Shown here: in pieces, positions 20,097 to 29,400 of the stretch
Position numbering within the stretch: the first letter of the stretch is position 1
Layout of the letters: every line of letters begins with the position of its first letter
Sequence record: DRR378314_1358
Direction: 5' to 3' (one strand)
Length of the DNA stretch: 33,552 bases
Made by a program: the position numbers and the translations under genes
Notes under the pieces: model-generated
Told to the model about the DNA's origin: nothing
What the model saw: only the letters and a program-made list of their open reading frames with translations
Databases searched by the model: none

Positions 20097-21202
20097 GCCT
20101 TACTATCAAAAATAGCATCAATGGCCAGGTCCAATTCTATTTGGACTTTTGGATCGGTGCAATTAATCAGTATTGCAACCACCTTGTGATGTTCAGGATA
20201 TATAAAAAGATTGGTGTATGCGCCAACGCTACTTCCAACATGTCCTACAAATGCTCTGCCATGATCATCTTGGCTAACTTGAAACCCGAGGCCGTAGTAC
20301 GTTGGTTTACCATCTATGATTTGAGATGTCAATAATTCATCATAGGTTGCTGCCTTTAGCAATTTGCGCTCTAAAATGGCCTGTCCTAGTTGCGCCACAT
20401 CTTCACAGGTGGACAAATATCCGCCACCTGCTAATTTGTAAGCATTGTTTACCTGAACGGCCTTCTTAAAACTTAACGATGTTTTGGTGTAAAATTCTGC
20501 TTTGTTCACGACTTGTGAGTTTATCTTGGGCGTAGTCGAAAGACTCGAACTGACATTTTTTTGTGGTGGGAATGTATTTTTCAATCCCAAAGGCATCAAA
20601 ATACTATCCTTTACATGGTGTTGAAATGATATTCCGCTTGCTTCTTGCATAGCCAAGGACAACAAGACAAAATCAAAACTATTGTAGAGATAACTGGTTC
20701 CGGGCTCAAAAACTAAGGGGTCGTTTTTAAAAATTTCTATTCCCGATTTGATGGAATAATCTTGATTCAAGGCAAATTCCTTGCCCCGATACCCGCGAAT
20801 CCCAGCGGTATGACTTGCCAATTGACGCAGCGTGAAATCATATTTCTTTTTAGGATAATCGGGCACATAGGTGTAAAAGGATTCGTCCAAATACACGATT
20901 CCATCCTCCACCATTTTTCCCAAAGCCAATCCCGTGATACATTTAGAAATACTGGCAATGCGGAAAACCGTATGTTTTGGGTCAACTTGGATCCTCTTTT
21001 CCAAACCGGCAAAACCATATCCTTTTTGAAGCACCTTTTCACCCCTATCCAAAATGGTCACGGCCAAACCGGGCACTTTTTTTTCCGCTACCAGATTGTG
21101 AAAAAGGACATCCGCTTTTTCCAAGCCGTTTAATCCGCCCAATGGTTTGACTTTTGGAGGTGTTGAAAACAGATTTTTGATATGTGCGATAAGATTTCCC
21201 AA
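20093..21202 (-). CDS. Serine hydrolase, beta-lactamase/AmpC family
   Basis: FRIASISK (SxxK), LASHTAG, YLYNS (YxS), HVG; 4-bp convergent overlap with decarboxylase. Confidence 0.9.
   Translation of the reverse strand: MGNLIAHIKNLFSTPPKVKPLGGLNGLEKADVLFHNLVAEKKVPGLAVTILDRGEKVLQKGYGFAGLEKRIQVDPKHTVFRIASISKCITGLALGKMVEDGIVYLDESFYTYVPDYPKKKYDFTLRQLASHTAGIRGYRGKEFALNQDYSIKSGIEIFKNDPLVFEPGTSYLYNSFDFVLLSLAMQEASGISFQHHVKDSILMPLGLKNTFPPQKNVSSSLSTTPKINSQVVNKAEFYTKTSLSFKKAVQVNNAYKLAGGGYLSTCEDVAQLGQAILERKLLKAATYDELLTSQIIDGKPTYYGLGFQVSQDDHGRAFVGHVGSSVGAYTNLFIYPEHHKVVAILINCTDPKVQIELDLAIDAIFDSKA
20519..20555. repeat. Decayed, collapsed family A repeat doublet inside the serine hydrolase CDS
   Basis: GTTTA-TCT-TGGGCGTAGTCGAA-AGA followed by half copy CTCGAACTGACA. 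Confidence 0.65.
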
Positions 21203-21277
21203 ATCTTAGGTTTGAGTTTCGAAATTAACGAGAAATATTAATCTTGCTGAAGATTATTGCATTTGTTAAGAGCTGCA

Positions 21278-22081
21278 TTAGTCTTGGAAAATCAATCTTC
21301 CAGTAAACAACTCCTCCACATCCACTTCGGGTGGTGTATTGACACTGATTAAATCGCCTGTACCACGTAGTATACCTCTCAATTGTTGTTGCGGATTCAC
21401 AAAAACATCATTGGAGCCCCTGTGGTTGACATTCACATTTTCTGAAATTAGACGCTCCGCTTCAATTCTTGAATCCCCGGCAGCTACCGTAACATTGAAA
21501 TTTTCCGTATTTCCTCGCAACTCGAAATAGGCTATGCCATTCACCACGACTCTGACCGTGTTTGAATTCAAATTCAAATCAAACGAACCATCGGTTGTAG
21601 CGGCCTCTGGATTATTAAAACTTTCGGCTATCAAATTAATACTTGGAAAATTCAAGATACCATCACTGGAAATCAGCAAACCTGTACTGCTTCGGATTTC
21701 TGTAATGTTTGGAGAAGTAACGTACACCGTTGTCAATTCGTAATCCCTCACAAAGTTGCAACTGTTTTTATTTCTAAGCACTAGGCGATTATCCTCCACC
21801 ACAGCAGAAAAATCGTTTAAGAGATATTCACCTGTTTCCACTTCAACCAGTTGCTCATCACCTTGTTTTAAAACTACATTCAGGTTTTCAAAGACCGTAA
21901 TGGTTTCAAATTCGGGTACATCAACTGGCCGCCGCACCATATCGCCTGCATTTTGAAAACAATCTGGAACGTTGTCGCCATTGCAGGAAATCAGTATTAG
22001 AAATATTGCCAACAAAAAGTACCTCTCGACTGGGCTCGAGGTGACATTCTTTAACGGAAATAAACTTCTAAATTCTAACAT
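21278..22081 (-). CDS. Head GIN domain (DUF2807) lipoprotein
   Basis: Lipobox ILISC, PEFETITV, repeated S/G-x-G strands; N-region extended by a repeat. Confidence 0.85.
   Translation of the reverse strand: MLEFRSLFPLKNVTSSPVERYFLLAIFLILISCNGDNVPDCFQNAGDMVRRPVDVPEFETITVFENLNVVLKQGDEQLVEVETGEYLLNDFSAVVEDNRLVLRNKNSCNFVRDYELTTVYVTSPNITEIRSSTGLLISSDGILNFPSINLIAESFNNPEAATTDGSFDLNLNSNTVRVVVNGIAYFELRGNTENFNVTVAAGDSRIEAERLISENVNVNHRGSNDVFVNPQQQLRGILRGTGDLISVNTPPEVDVEELFTGRLIFQD
22020..22047 (-). repeat. Family A repeat inside lipoprotein signal peptide
   Basis: TACCTCTCGACTGGGCTCGAGGTGACAT, 27/28 identical to 24844-24871. Confidence 0.9.
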
Positions 22082-22088
22082 CTCTATA

Positions 22089-23189
22089 TTATAACCTGAT
22101 TCCTATTCCAAATTCGATGGCCTCTGCTTTTGCCCCATGTGATTTTAAAGTGACCGCTCCAAAAACCTTATCGCCAAAATATCGCTTCAACCCGATGCGG
22201 TTGTACATTCTGCCTTCAAAATCAAATGGATAGTACACGTAGTACCCCAATTGTGTCACCACACTTAGTTTGTTCACAAAAAGTTCATGGCCCAAGAACA
22301 AACCTACGCGTTTATAATCCGTATCGGCATCCACATCCAATTCTGGAAAGGAGATTGACTGATATCGAATCAATTCCTTTAGGAAATTGGAAAAGAATAC
22401 ATCTGTTCCCAACTGAATCGCACTTCGTTTCCCCAAACGTTTATCGGCATAGGCCGAAACAATGGCAAAACCATAACGACCCATATTGATTACGTCGCTC
22501 TCGTTGGCCCCTCCTCGGAGCACCAAATTATAGCGAATCGGTTCGGTAATCTTTTCTTTTGCTTTAGGGGCGAGGTATTCATAGGCCTCACCCTTGTTTA
22601 AATCGTAAGTGAGTCCAAAATTAAAGGCCAGCGTATTTGTTGATGTATTTGGGGCTTTAAAATTGGCGTTGGAATAATGCAGCAAGGATATTCCCGCTTT
22701 AAAACCCAATCCAGCCACTATATTCTCCTTATGATAGTTTAGCATTACCATGGTAGAACTCAACAGATGGCTCCCATAGGCGTTGTTCCTAAAGTTTTCA
22801 TTTTTATCGTACGGGTTGGTGTTGTATGAAACACCTTGTGCTATTCTGATTTGAAGGTTTCGCTTGAAAAAATAAAAATTATAATGTGCGTACAACCCGA
22901 AATGTTTGCCAAGGGTTGCATTGTTCATATCCTGATAAACAAAAGAAAAACCTGTATCTGGGTAACCCAAATCAGCTTCCCAATCTTGGTGACCGTAGCG
23001 TTTACGGTTAAATCCCAAAATAACACCTCCCGGATGATTGGTGATCAGGTGGGAAATATCGGGATTGTGCAACAGGATGGAACCATAGAACTGGCTGATA
23101 TCCAAAGTATATTTTTTTGGAACATCCCCCTCTTGTGAGAATCCACAGCAAAAACATAGCAGCAATACCAAATAAAGTAGGTGCCTCAT
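22089..23189 (-). CDS. Outer-membrane beta-barrel, acyloxyacyl hydrolase / PagL-like
   Basis: Signal peptide, HYSNA motif, alternating aromatic strands, C-terminal FGIGIRL. Confidence 0.75.
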   Translation of the reverse strand: MRHLLYLVLLLCFCCGFSQEGDVPKKYTLDISQFYGSILLHNPDISHLITNHPGGVILGFNRKRYGHQDWEADLGYPDTGFSFVYQDMNNATLGKHFGLYAHYNFYFFKRNLQIRIAQGVSYNTNPYDKNENFRNNAYGSHLLSSTMVMLNYHKENIVAGLGFKAGISLLHYSNANFKAPNTSTNTLAFNFGLTYDLNKGEAYEYLAPKAKEKITEPIRYNLVLRGGANESDVINMGRYGFAIVSAYADKRLGKRSAIQLGTDVFFSNFLKELIRYQSISFPELDVDADTDYKRVGLFLGHELFVNKLSVVTQLGYYVYYPFDFEGRMYNRIGLKRYFGDKVFGAVTLKSHGAKAEAIEFGIGIRL

Positions 23190-23209
23190 GGGGCGCTAAA
23201 GTAGGCAAA

Positions 23210-24163
23210 TTAAAAAAGTTCCTTGGCTATTGCCTCAACATTATCCGATTTTCCCATGGAATAATAATGCAGTACAGGAACACCCGCTTTCCTTAATTCC
23301 ATGGACTGCTGAATGGCCCACTCAATTCCGACTTGACGCACTGCCTTGTTGTTATCACAGGCCTCGACCGCATCAATAAGATCTTGTGGAAGATCTACTC
23401 GAAATACTTGTGGCAGTAATTGGAGGTGTCTTTTAACGGCAATGGGTTTTATCCCCGGGATAATCGGCACATCGATGCCCATTTCGCGTGCCTCTTTTAC
23501 AAAGGCGAAGAATTTCTGATTATCAAAAAACATCTGTGTCACCACATAATCCGCTCCTAAATCCACTTTTTGCTTCAAACGCTTTAAATCGGATTGCAAA
23601 GAGGGTGCTTCCATATGCTTTTCAGGATAACCTGCCACACCGATACAAAAACTGCTCAAATCACTGGATTCAATGGTATCGTGCAAATAATTGCCCTCGT
23701 TGATGTTTTGAATCTGCTCTACCAAGTCCGTGGCATATTGGTGTCCACCTTTGGTGGGCGTAAAATATTTTTCCTCTTTTCGGGCATCACCACGAAGCGC
23801 CATCACATTTTCAATTTCCAGATATTGACAGTCCACCAATAAATATTCGGTCTCCTCTTTGGTAAAACCACCACAAAGCACATGAGGTACCGTGTCCACA
23901 TTATATTTATGTTTCAATGAGGCACAAATGCCCAAAGTCCCTGGACGGGTACGAGTCAATTTTTTGTCCAACAGTCCATCTTTCTCTTTGTAGACATACT
24001 CTTCCCTGGAAGTGGTCACATCAATAAACGGAGGCTTGAACTCCATCAAAGGATCGATATTTTTGTACAACTCTTGGATACTCTTACCTTTTACGGGCGG
24101 CACTATTTCAAAACTGAAAAGGGTCTCTCCGTTTGCTTTTTTTATGTGGTCGGTAATTTTCAT
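23210..24163 (-). CDS. metF: Methylenetetrahydrofolate reductase
   Basis: SFEIVPP, ALRGD, VAGYPEKH, VTQMFFD, IIPGI, HYYSM. Confidence 0.96.
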   Translation of the reverse strand: MKITDHIKKANGETLFSFEIVPPVKGKSIQELYKNIDPLMEFKPPFIDVTTSREEYVYKEKDGLLDKKLTRTRPGTLGICASLKHKYNVDTVPHVLCGGFTKEETEYLLVDCQYLEIENVMALRGDARKEEKYFTPTKGGHQYATDLVEQIQNINEGNYLHDTIESSDLSSFCIGVAGYPEKHMEAPSLQSDLKRLKQKVDLGADYVVTQMFFDNQKFFAFVKEAREMGIDVPIIPGIKPIAVKRHLQLLPQVFRVDLPQDLIDAVEACDNNKAVRQVGIEWAIQQSMELRKAGVPVLHYYSMGKSDNVEAIAKELF

Positions 24164-24166
24164 TGG

Positions 24167-26923
24167 TTATTCATCAACAATATTGGGAGCCAGCCATTTT
24201 TGGGCCTCCTCCAGTTTCATATTTTTTCGTTCAGCAAAATCCTGAACCTGATCTTGCTTTATTTTTCCCAATCCAAAATATTTGGCCTGTGGGTGTCCAA
24301 AATAATAGCCGCTAACACTGGCAGCAGGCCACATGGCCAAACTATCGGTCAGCTTTACCCCTATTTTCTCTTCTACGTCCATCATATCCCAAATGGTGAG
24401 TTTCTCCAAGTGGTCCGGACAGGCCGGGTACCCTGGCGCTGGACGTATTCCTTGGTATTTTTCCTTGATCAGCTCCGTGTTGTCCAAGTTTTCATCGACC
24501 GCGTAGCCCCAATATTTGGTTCGCACTTCTTTATGCAGATACTCTGCAAAAGCTTCCGCAAATCTATCGGCCAAAGCTTTGATCATGATGGAATTGTAAT
24601 CATCGTGATTTTTTTCGAATTCAGCGGCCAATTCCTGTGTTCCAAATCCTGTACTTACGCAAAAGCAGCCTATGTAATCCTGAATCCCCGAATCCTTGGG
24701 GGCGATAAAATCTGCCAATGCGATATTGGGAACTCCTTCCCGCTTTTTCAACTGTTGGCGAAGTGTTCTAAAAATGAAGGTTTCTGCTTCATCCGTCATT
24801 TCGAGCGCAGTCGAGAAATCTGAAGAAGCTTTATTTTTCTCTCTACCTCTCGACTGCGCTCGAGGTGACATACGCACTTCTATATCATCCTCATCAATTT
24901 GATTGGCAGGAAACAGTCCAAAAATAGCTTTGGCCTTCAAAAGTTTTTCATCCAACACTTTTTTCAAAAGCTCTTTGGCATCGGCAAAAAGTTCTTTGGC
25001 TTGCTCTCCAACGACCTCATCGGTCAAAATATCGGGGTATTTTCCGTGCAAATCCCAGCTTCGGAAGAACGGGGACCAATCGATATAGTCCTCCAATTGG
25101 GTCAGGTCAAAATCTTCCCAAACTTCAATGCCCAATTGGTTTGGTTTTTTAATGTCCGATGGATTCCACTCGATTTGAAGCTTGTTCTTTCTGGCCTGTT
25201 CCAAGGTCAAATATTCCTTTTGCTTGCCGCGTTTCAAAAACTTATCCCTGAAACTCTCGTAATCCAGTTTGATGGATTTTTTATAACCCGCAGAAGTTTC
25301 ATCCTGAAGTAAATCCCCCACCACCGTTACCGCTCTGGACGCATCGTTCACGTGCACCACAGCTTGACTGTATTTCGGGTCGATTTTTACCGCAGTATGG
25401 GCCTTGCTGGTTGTGGCTCCCCCGATCAAAAGAGGCACATCAAAGTTCTGGCGTTCCATCTCCTTGGCCAAAAACACCATTTCGTCCAAAGAAGGGGTGA
25501 TCAATCCGCTCAAACCGATTATATCCACTTGTTCTTCCTTTGCCTTATTGATGATTTTTTCGGGCGGCACCATAACTCCCATGTCCACAATGGCATAGTT
25601 GTTACAGGCCAATACAACACTTACAATGTTCTTTCCAATATCGTGCACATCTCCTTTCACCGTTGCCATTAATATCTTTCCTGCCGGTTTTGACTTTTCA
25701 TCCTTCGCCGCTTCAATAAACGGGGTAAGGTAGGCCACGGCCTTTTTCATCACCCGAGCAGATTTCACTACTTGGGGCAAGAACATTTTTCCGCTTCCGA
25801 ACAAGTCCCCGACCACATTCATACCTGTCATTAAGTTGCCCTCGATTACGTGCAGGGGTTTGGCGGCCTGTTGACGGGCTTCTTCCACATCTTCAATGAT
25901 GTATTGGTCTATTCCCTTAACCAAGGCACGGGTAATACGGTCTTGTAGCGGCTCTTCTCTCCAAGTCAAGTCTACTTTGCTTTCCTTTGCTGTTCCCACA
26001 ACAGTTTCGGCAAACTCCAGTAAACGTTCGGTGGCATCGTCCCGCCTATCCAACAACACATCTTCCACATACTCCAGTAGATCTTTTGGAATGTCATCGT
26101 ACACCTCCAACATCGTCGGGTTTACAATCCCGATGTTCATACCCGCTTTTATAGCATGGAACAGAAAAGCTGAATTAATGGCCTCTCGGACAGGATTATT
26201 CCCTCTAAACGAGAAAGAAACATTGCTCACTCCCCCACTTACACTACAATACGGTAGATTTTCCTTTACCCAGCGGGTTCCCTCAATAAAATCGACGGCA
26301 TTTCGTCGATGTTCTTCCATTCCCGTGGCCACTGGGAAAATATTCAAATCGAAAATGATATCCTCTGGAGGAAACTTTACTTTGTTGACCAATACATCAT
26401 AAGACCGCTTGGCAATTTCAATCCGACGTTCCAAATCATCGGCTTGCCCAACTTCATCAAAGGCCATAACAATGACTGCGGCGCCATATCGCTTAATCAA
26501 TTTGGCGTGGCGGATAAACTCTTCTTCTCCTTCCTTTAGACTGATGGAGTTTACCACGCATTTACCCTGCACCACCTGAAGTCCAGCTTCGATGATTTCC
26601 CATTTGGAACTATCGATCATAATGGGCACTCGTGCAATATCGGGCTCGGAAACGATCAAGTTCAAAAACTTGACCATGGCTTTTTTACCATCGATCAGGC
26701 CATCATCCATATTCACATCGATGATCTGGGCACCACCCTCCACCTGATCTCGGGCAACATCCAAGGCTTCGTCGAACTTTTCTTCTTTAATGAGCCTCAA
26801 AAACCGCTTGGAACCTGCCACATTGGTACGCTCCCCCACATTGATGAAATTACTTTCCGGGGTAATGACCAAGGGCTCGAGGCCTGAGAGTTTTAAGTAT
26901 CGTTTTTCGTTGTTCGTTGCCAT
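24167..26923 (-). CDS. metH: Methionine synthase, pterin-binding + B12-binding + activation domains
   Basis: [53 protein letters not shown]; carries an in-frame repeat insertion. Confidence 0.96.
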   Translation of the reverse strand: MATNNEKRYLKLSGLEPLVITPESNFINVGERTNVAGSKRFLRLIKEEKFDEALDVARDQVEGGAQIIDVNMDDGLIDGKKAMVKFLNLIVSEPDIARVPIMIDSSKWEIIEAGLQVVQGKCVVNSISLKEGEEEFIRHAKLIKRYGAAVIVMAFDEVGQADDLERRIEIAKRSYDVLVNKVKFPPEDIIFDLNIFPVATGMEEHRRNAVDFIEGTRWVKENLPYCSVSGGVSNVSFSFRGNNPVREAINSAFLFHAIKAGMNIGIVNPTMLEVYDDIPKDLLEYVEDVLLDRRDDATERLLEFAETVVGTAKESKVDLTWREEPLQDRITRALVKGIDQYIIEDVEEARQQAAKPLHVIEGNLMTGMNVVGDLFGSGKMFLPQVVKSARVMKKAVAYLTPFIEAAKDEKSKPAGKILMATVKGDVHDIGKNIVSVVLACNNYAIVDMGVMVPPEKIINKAKEEQVDIIGLSGLITPSLDEMVFLAKEMERQNFDVPLLIGGATTSKAHTAVKIDPKYSQAVVHVNDASRAVTVVGDLLQDETSAGYKKSIKLDYESFRDKFLKRGKQKEYLTLEQARKNKLQIEWNPSDIKKPNQLGIEVWEDFDLTQLEDYIDWSPFFRSWDLHGKYPDILTDEVVGEQAKELFADAKELLKKVLDEKLLKAKAIFGLFPANQIDEDDIEVRMSPRAQSRGREKNKASSDFSTALEMTDEAETFIFRTLRQQLKKREGVPNIALADFIAPKDSGIQDYIGCFCVSTGFGTQELAAEFEKNHDDYNSIMIKALADRFAEAFAEYLHKEVRTKYWGYAVDENLDNTELIKEKYQGIRPAPGYPACPDHLEKLTIWDMMDVEEKIGVKLTDSLAMWPAASVSGYYFGHPQAKYFGLGKIKQDQVQDFAERKNMKLEEAQKWLAPNIVDE
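24795..24869. repeat. Family A inverted doublet (REPIN-like), 75 bp, in frame within metH
   Basis: GTCA-TT-TCGAGCGCAGTCGAGA ... TCTCGACTGCGCTCGA-GG-TGAC. Confidence 0.93.
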
Positions 26924-26927
26924 AAAC

Positions 26928-27935
26928 TTAAACTATGCTGGAGTCAAAAAGTTTTCTAGGTTCATAATCCTTTACCACATCGGCAATGGCCTTAATATGT
27001 TCTGGAGTGGTACCGCAGCATCCGCCGACAATGTTCACCAATCCTTTTTCCACATATTCTTTGATCTGGACGGCCATCTGCTCAGGCGTTTCGTCGTATT
27101 CGCCAAAGGCGTTGGGCAATCCTGCATTCGGGTGCGCCGAAATGGCATATGCTGATTTTGCTGAAACCACCTCCAAATGGGGCACCAATTGTTTGGCTCC
27201 CAAAGCACAATTGAATCCAACGGATAAAATGGGAATATGGGAAATGGAAATCAAAAAGGCCTCTGCCGTTTGTCCGGACAATGTTCTTCCCGAAGCGTCG
27301 GTAATGGTGCCGCTGACCATTACAGGCACTTCTATATTTCGTTCGTCTTTTACTTCTTCTATGGCAAAAAGGGCTGCTTTGGCATTGAGGGTGTCAAAAA
27401 TGGTCTCGACCAGTAGCAGGTCGACCCCACCATCCAGTAATGCCTCTACTTGTTGTTTGTAGGCTATTCGGAGTTCATCAAAAGATATGGCTCGGAAACC
27501 TGGGTCGTTCACATCTGGGGACATACTGGCCGTTTTGTTTGTTGGCCCTATACTTCCTGCTACAAATCTAGGTTTGCTTAGGTCTTTTTGCGTGAATTCC
27601 TGAGCTACCTGCTTGGCAAGCTTCGCCGATTCATAATTCAGTTCGTACACCAATTCTTCCATGCCATAATCGGCCATGGCTATGGTGGTACCGGAAAACG
27701 TATTGGTCTCGATAATATCGGCACCTGCTTCCAAAAATTTCCGATGGACTTCTTTAACGGCCTCGGGCTGCGTTAAGGACAACAAATCGTTGTTGCCCTG
27801 CAGATCGCTGGGCCAATCTTTGAATCCCTCTCCCCTAAAATCAGCTTCTTGGAATTTATAGCGCTGCAACATGGTGCCCATGGCCCCATCCAGTACTAAA
27901 ATTCGCTTCTTCAATATGTCTTCAATTTTTTCCAT
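26928..27935 (-). CDS. metH: Methionine synthase, homocysteine-binding domain (split metH N-terminal part)
   Basis: [48 protein letters not shown] at 27935. Confidence 0.95.
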   Translation of the reverse strand: MEKIEDILKKRILVLDGAMGTMLQRYKFQEADFRGEGFKDWPSDLQGNNDLLSLTQPEAVKEVHRKFLEAGADIIETNTFSGTTIAMADYGMEELVYELNYESAKLAKQVAQEFTQKDLSKPRFVAGSIGPTNKTASMSPDVNDPGFRAISFDELRIAYKQQVEALLDGGVDLLLVETIFDTLNAKAALFAIEEVKDERNIEVPVMVSGTITDASGRTLSGQTAEAFLISISHIPILSVGFNCALGAKQLVPHLEVVSAKSAYAISAHPNAGLPNAFGEYDETPEQMAVQIKEYVEKGLVNIVGGCCGTTPEHIKAIADVVKDYEPRKLFDSSIV

Positions 27936-28010
27936 AGTACAATTTCCCTTCAAAAAAAAGGATGTAGTGCAATCAAGAAAAGTGCGTAGGTACTGTGCTG
28001 AATACTTTAC

Positions 28011-28149
28011 GTTATCCTTCCCCTTACAGGTTAAACTTCCTAAAACGCCTTGAAAACCAGTTCAAGACAAGGGTAGAATGTAGCACCTTCTCGAAGTCGA
28101 GGGTTGCTAAGGCTTCACAGGGTCCAATCCCTCCACCTTTCTTGATAAC
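28011..28149 (-). ncRNA. SAM-I (S-box) riboswitch
   Basis: P1 GTTATC/GATAAC, ATCAAGA, kink-turn P2 GGTGGAGGGATTGGACCCTGTGAAGCC, AGCAACC...GGTGCTA-ATTC; directly upstream of metH-metF. Confidence 0.95.
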
Positions 28150-28177
28150 ACCATCAATTTATAAATGAACTGAACTA

Positions 28178-28209
28178 CAAAGAAACGGCACTCCTTAGTG
28201 AAAAGCAAA
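28178..28209 (-). promoter_or_regulatory. Putative promoter of riboswitch-metH transcript
   Basis: TTTG-N20-TTTCTTTG (one mismatch in -7 box). Confidence 0.5.
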
Positions 28210-28237
28210 AAAACCTTCCAAAATCGCTTTCGGAAGG
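28207..28237 (-). terminator. Intrinsic terminator of the sulfate-assimilation block
   Basis: CCTTCCGAAA-GCGA-TTTTGGAAGG-TTTTTTT. Confidence 0.85.
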
Positions 28238-28264
28238 CATTTTCACTTCTAAAACAAATAATAT

Positions 28265-29326
28265 TTAATTGATGCTTTGCACCACTTCTTTTTTTGCTTC
28301 TTTTTTAGAGCCATCAAATCCTTGTACACCTCCAACAGTGGTATATTTCATCACATATCGCTTATCTGGGTTGATGATTTGATAGGCAAATTGGCACATT
28401 ACGGCTGCTTCGTGGAATCCGGACAGAATCAACTTGAGCTTTCCTGGATACGTATTGACATCCCCAATGGCGAACACCCCTGGGAGATTGGTCTGGTAAT
28501 CTTTTGCGTTGTTCACCTTGATGGCATTTTTTTCTATTTCCAGTCCCCAATTGCCCAATGGGCCCAATTTTGGTGACAATCCGAACAAGGGAATAAAGAA
28601 ATCGGTTTCCACATACGATGCTTCCTTGTCTTCATCGTTGTACTTGATGACAACGGCGTGCAAATCTTCTTTGCCGTGGATTTCCTTTACCTCAGCCTTC
28701 GTGAACAATTGAATCTTGCCCAATTTGGCCAGTTCCCGTGCTTTTTCCACAGAGTCCAGTGCTCCTCGGAATTCATTTCTACGGTGCACCAAGGAAACTT
28801 CAGAAGCTACATCGGCCAAGAAAATGGCCCAATCCAATGCGGAATCTCCTCCCCCGGAAATCACCACTTTTTTATCACGGAACTGTTCTGGGTCTTTGAC
28901 CATATACTCAACTCCTTTGCTTTCAAAGAGCCCAATATTCGGAATCATTGGTTTTCTGGGCTCAAAAGAACCGAGTCCACCGGCAATTACAACAACTGGT
29001 GCGTGGTGCTGCGTTCCCTTGTTTGTGGTAACGATATAGGAACCGTCTTCTTGCTTGTCCAAGGTTTCCGCACGCTCTCCCAAGGTAAAACCAGGCTCGA
29101 ACGGTTTGATCTGTTCCATTAGGTTATCCACCAATGTACCTGCTAAAATTTCTGGGTAGGCTGGAATATCATATATAGGTTTCTTCGGATAGATTTCTGA
29201 GCACTGCCCTCCAGGCTGAGCCAGAGCATCGATTAAATGACATTTTAACTTGAGCAACCCTGCTTCAAATACAGTAAACAATCCTGTTGGTCCTGCTCCG
29301 ATTATAATGATATCTGTTTTGATCAT
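28265..29326 (-). CDS. Ferredoxin-NADP+ reductase, thioredoxin-reductase-like (YumC type)
   Basis: GAGPTG, YPKKPIYDIP, GGGDSALD, HRRNEFR, AIGD; no CxxC. Confidence 0.88.
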   Translation of the reverse strand: MIKTDIIIIGAGPTGLFTVFEAGLLKLKCHLIDALAQPGGQCSEIYPKKPIYDIPAYPEILAGTLVDNLMEQIKPFEPGFTLGERAETLDKQEDGSYIVTTNKGTQHHAPVVVIAGGLGSFEPRKPMIPNIGLFESKGVEYMVKDPEQFRDKKVVISGGGDSALDWAIFLADVASEVSLVHRRNEFRGALDSVEKARELAKLGKIQLFTKAEVKEIHGKEDLHAVVIKYNDEDKEASYVETDFFIPLFGLSPKLGPLGNWGLEIEKNAIKVNNAKDYQTNLPGVFAIGDVNTYPGKLKLILSGFHEAAVMCQFAYQIINPDKRYVMKYTTVGGVQGFDGSKKEAKKEVVQSIN

Positions 29327-29353
29327 AATTCTCCTTTTAAATAGTCTTGAAGT

Positions 29354-29379
29354 CCCCTTCGACTGCGCTCAGGGTGACA
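29354..29379 (-). repeat. Family A repeat (intergenic, inside operon)
   Basis: Reverse complement TGTCA-CCC-TGAGCGCAGTCGAA-GGG. Confidence 0.88.
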
Positions 29380-29400
29380 TAATTTGACCTGAATCTTGAT

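Noticed and set aside
20093-21202. Beta-lactam resistance gene
   Set aside because: Generic AmpC-fold serine hydrolase with HVG instead of KTG and no clear signal peptide; resistance unsupported
24074-24823. 249-aa plus-strand ORF and other antisense or overlapping ORFs in the track
   Set aside because: Shadow frames of well-supported opposite-strand genes with no recognisable motifs
26920-26935. metH break as frameshift or pseudogene
   Set aside because: Clean stop, 4-nt gap and new ATG at a domain boundary; both halves keep catalytic motifs; split MetH is known in this group
28088-28101. TTCTCGAAGTCGAG resembling the family A core
   Set aside because: It is the P3 hairpin of the SAM-I aptamer and has no GTCA tag
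12936-29379. Palindromic repeats as CRISPR repeats or attC sites
   Set aside because: Dispersed over kilobases in both orientations, with no regular spacers and no cas or integrase gene
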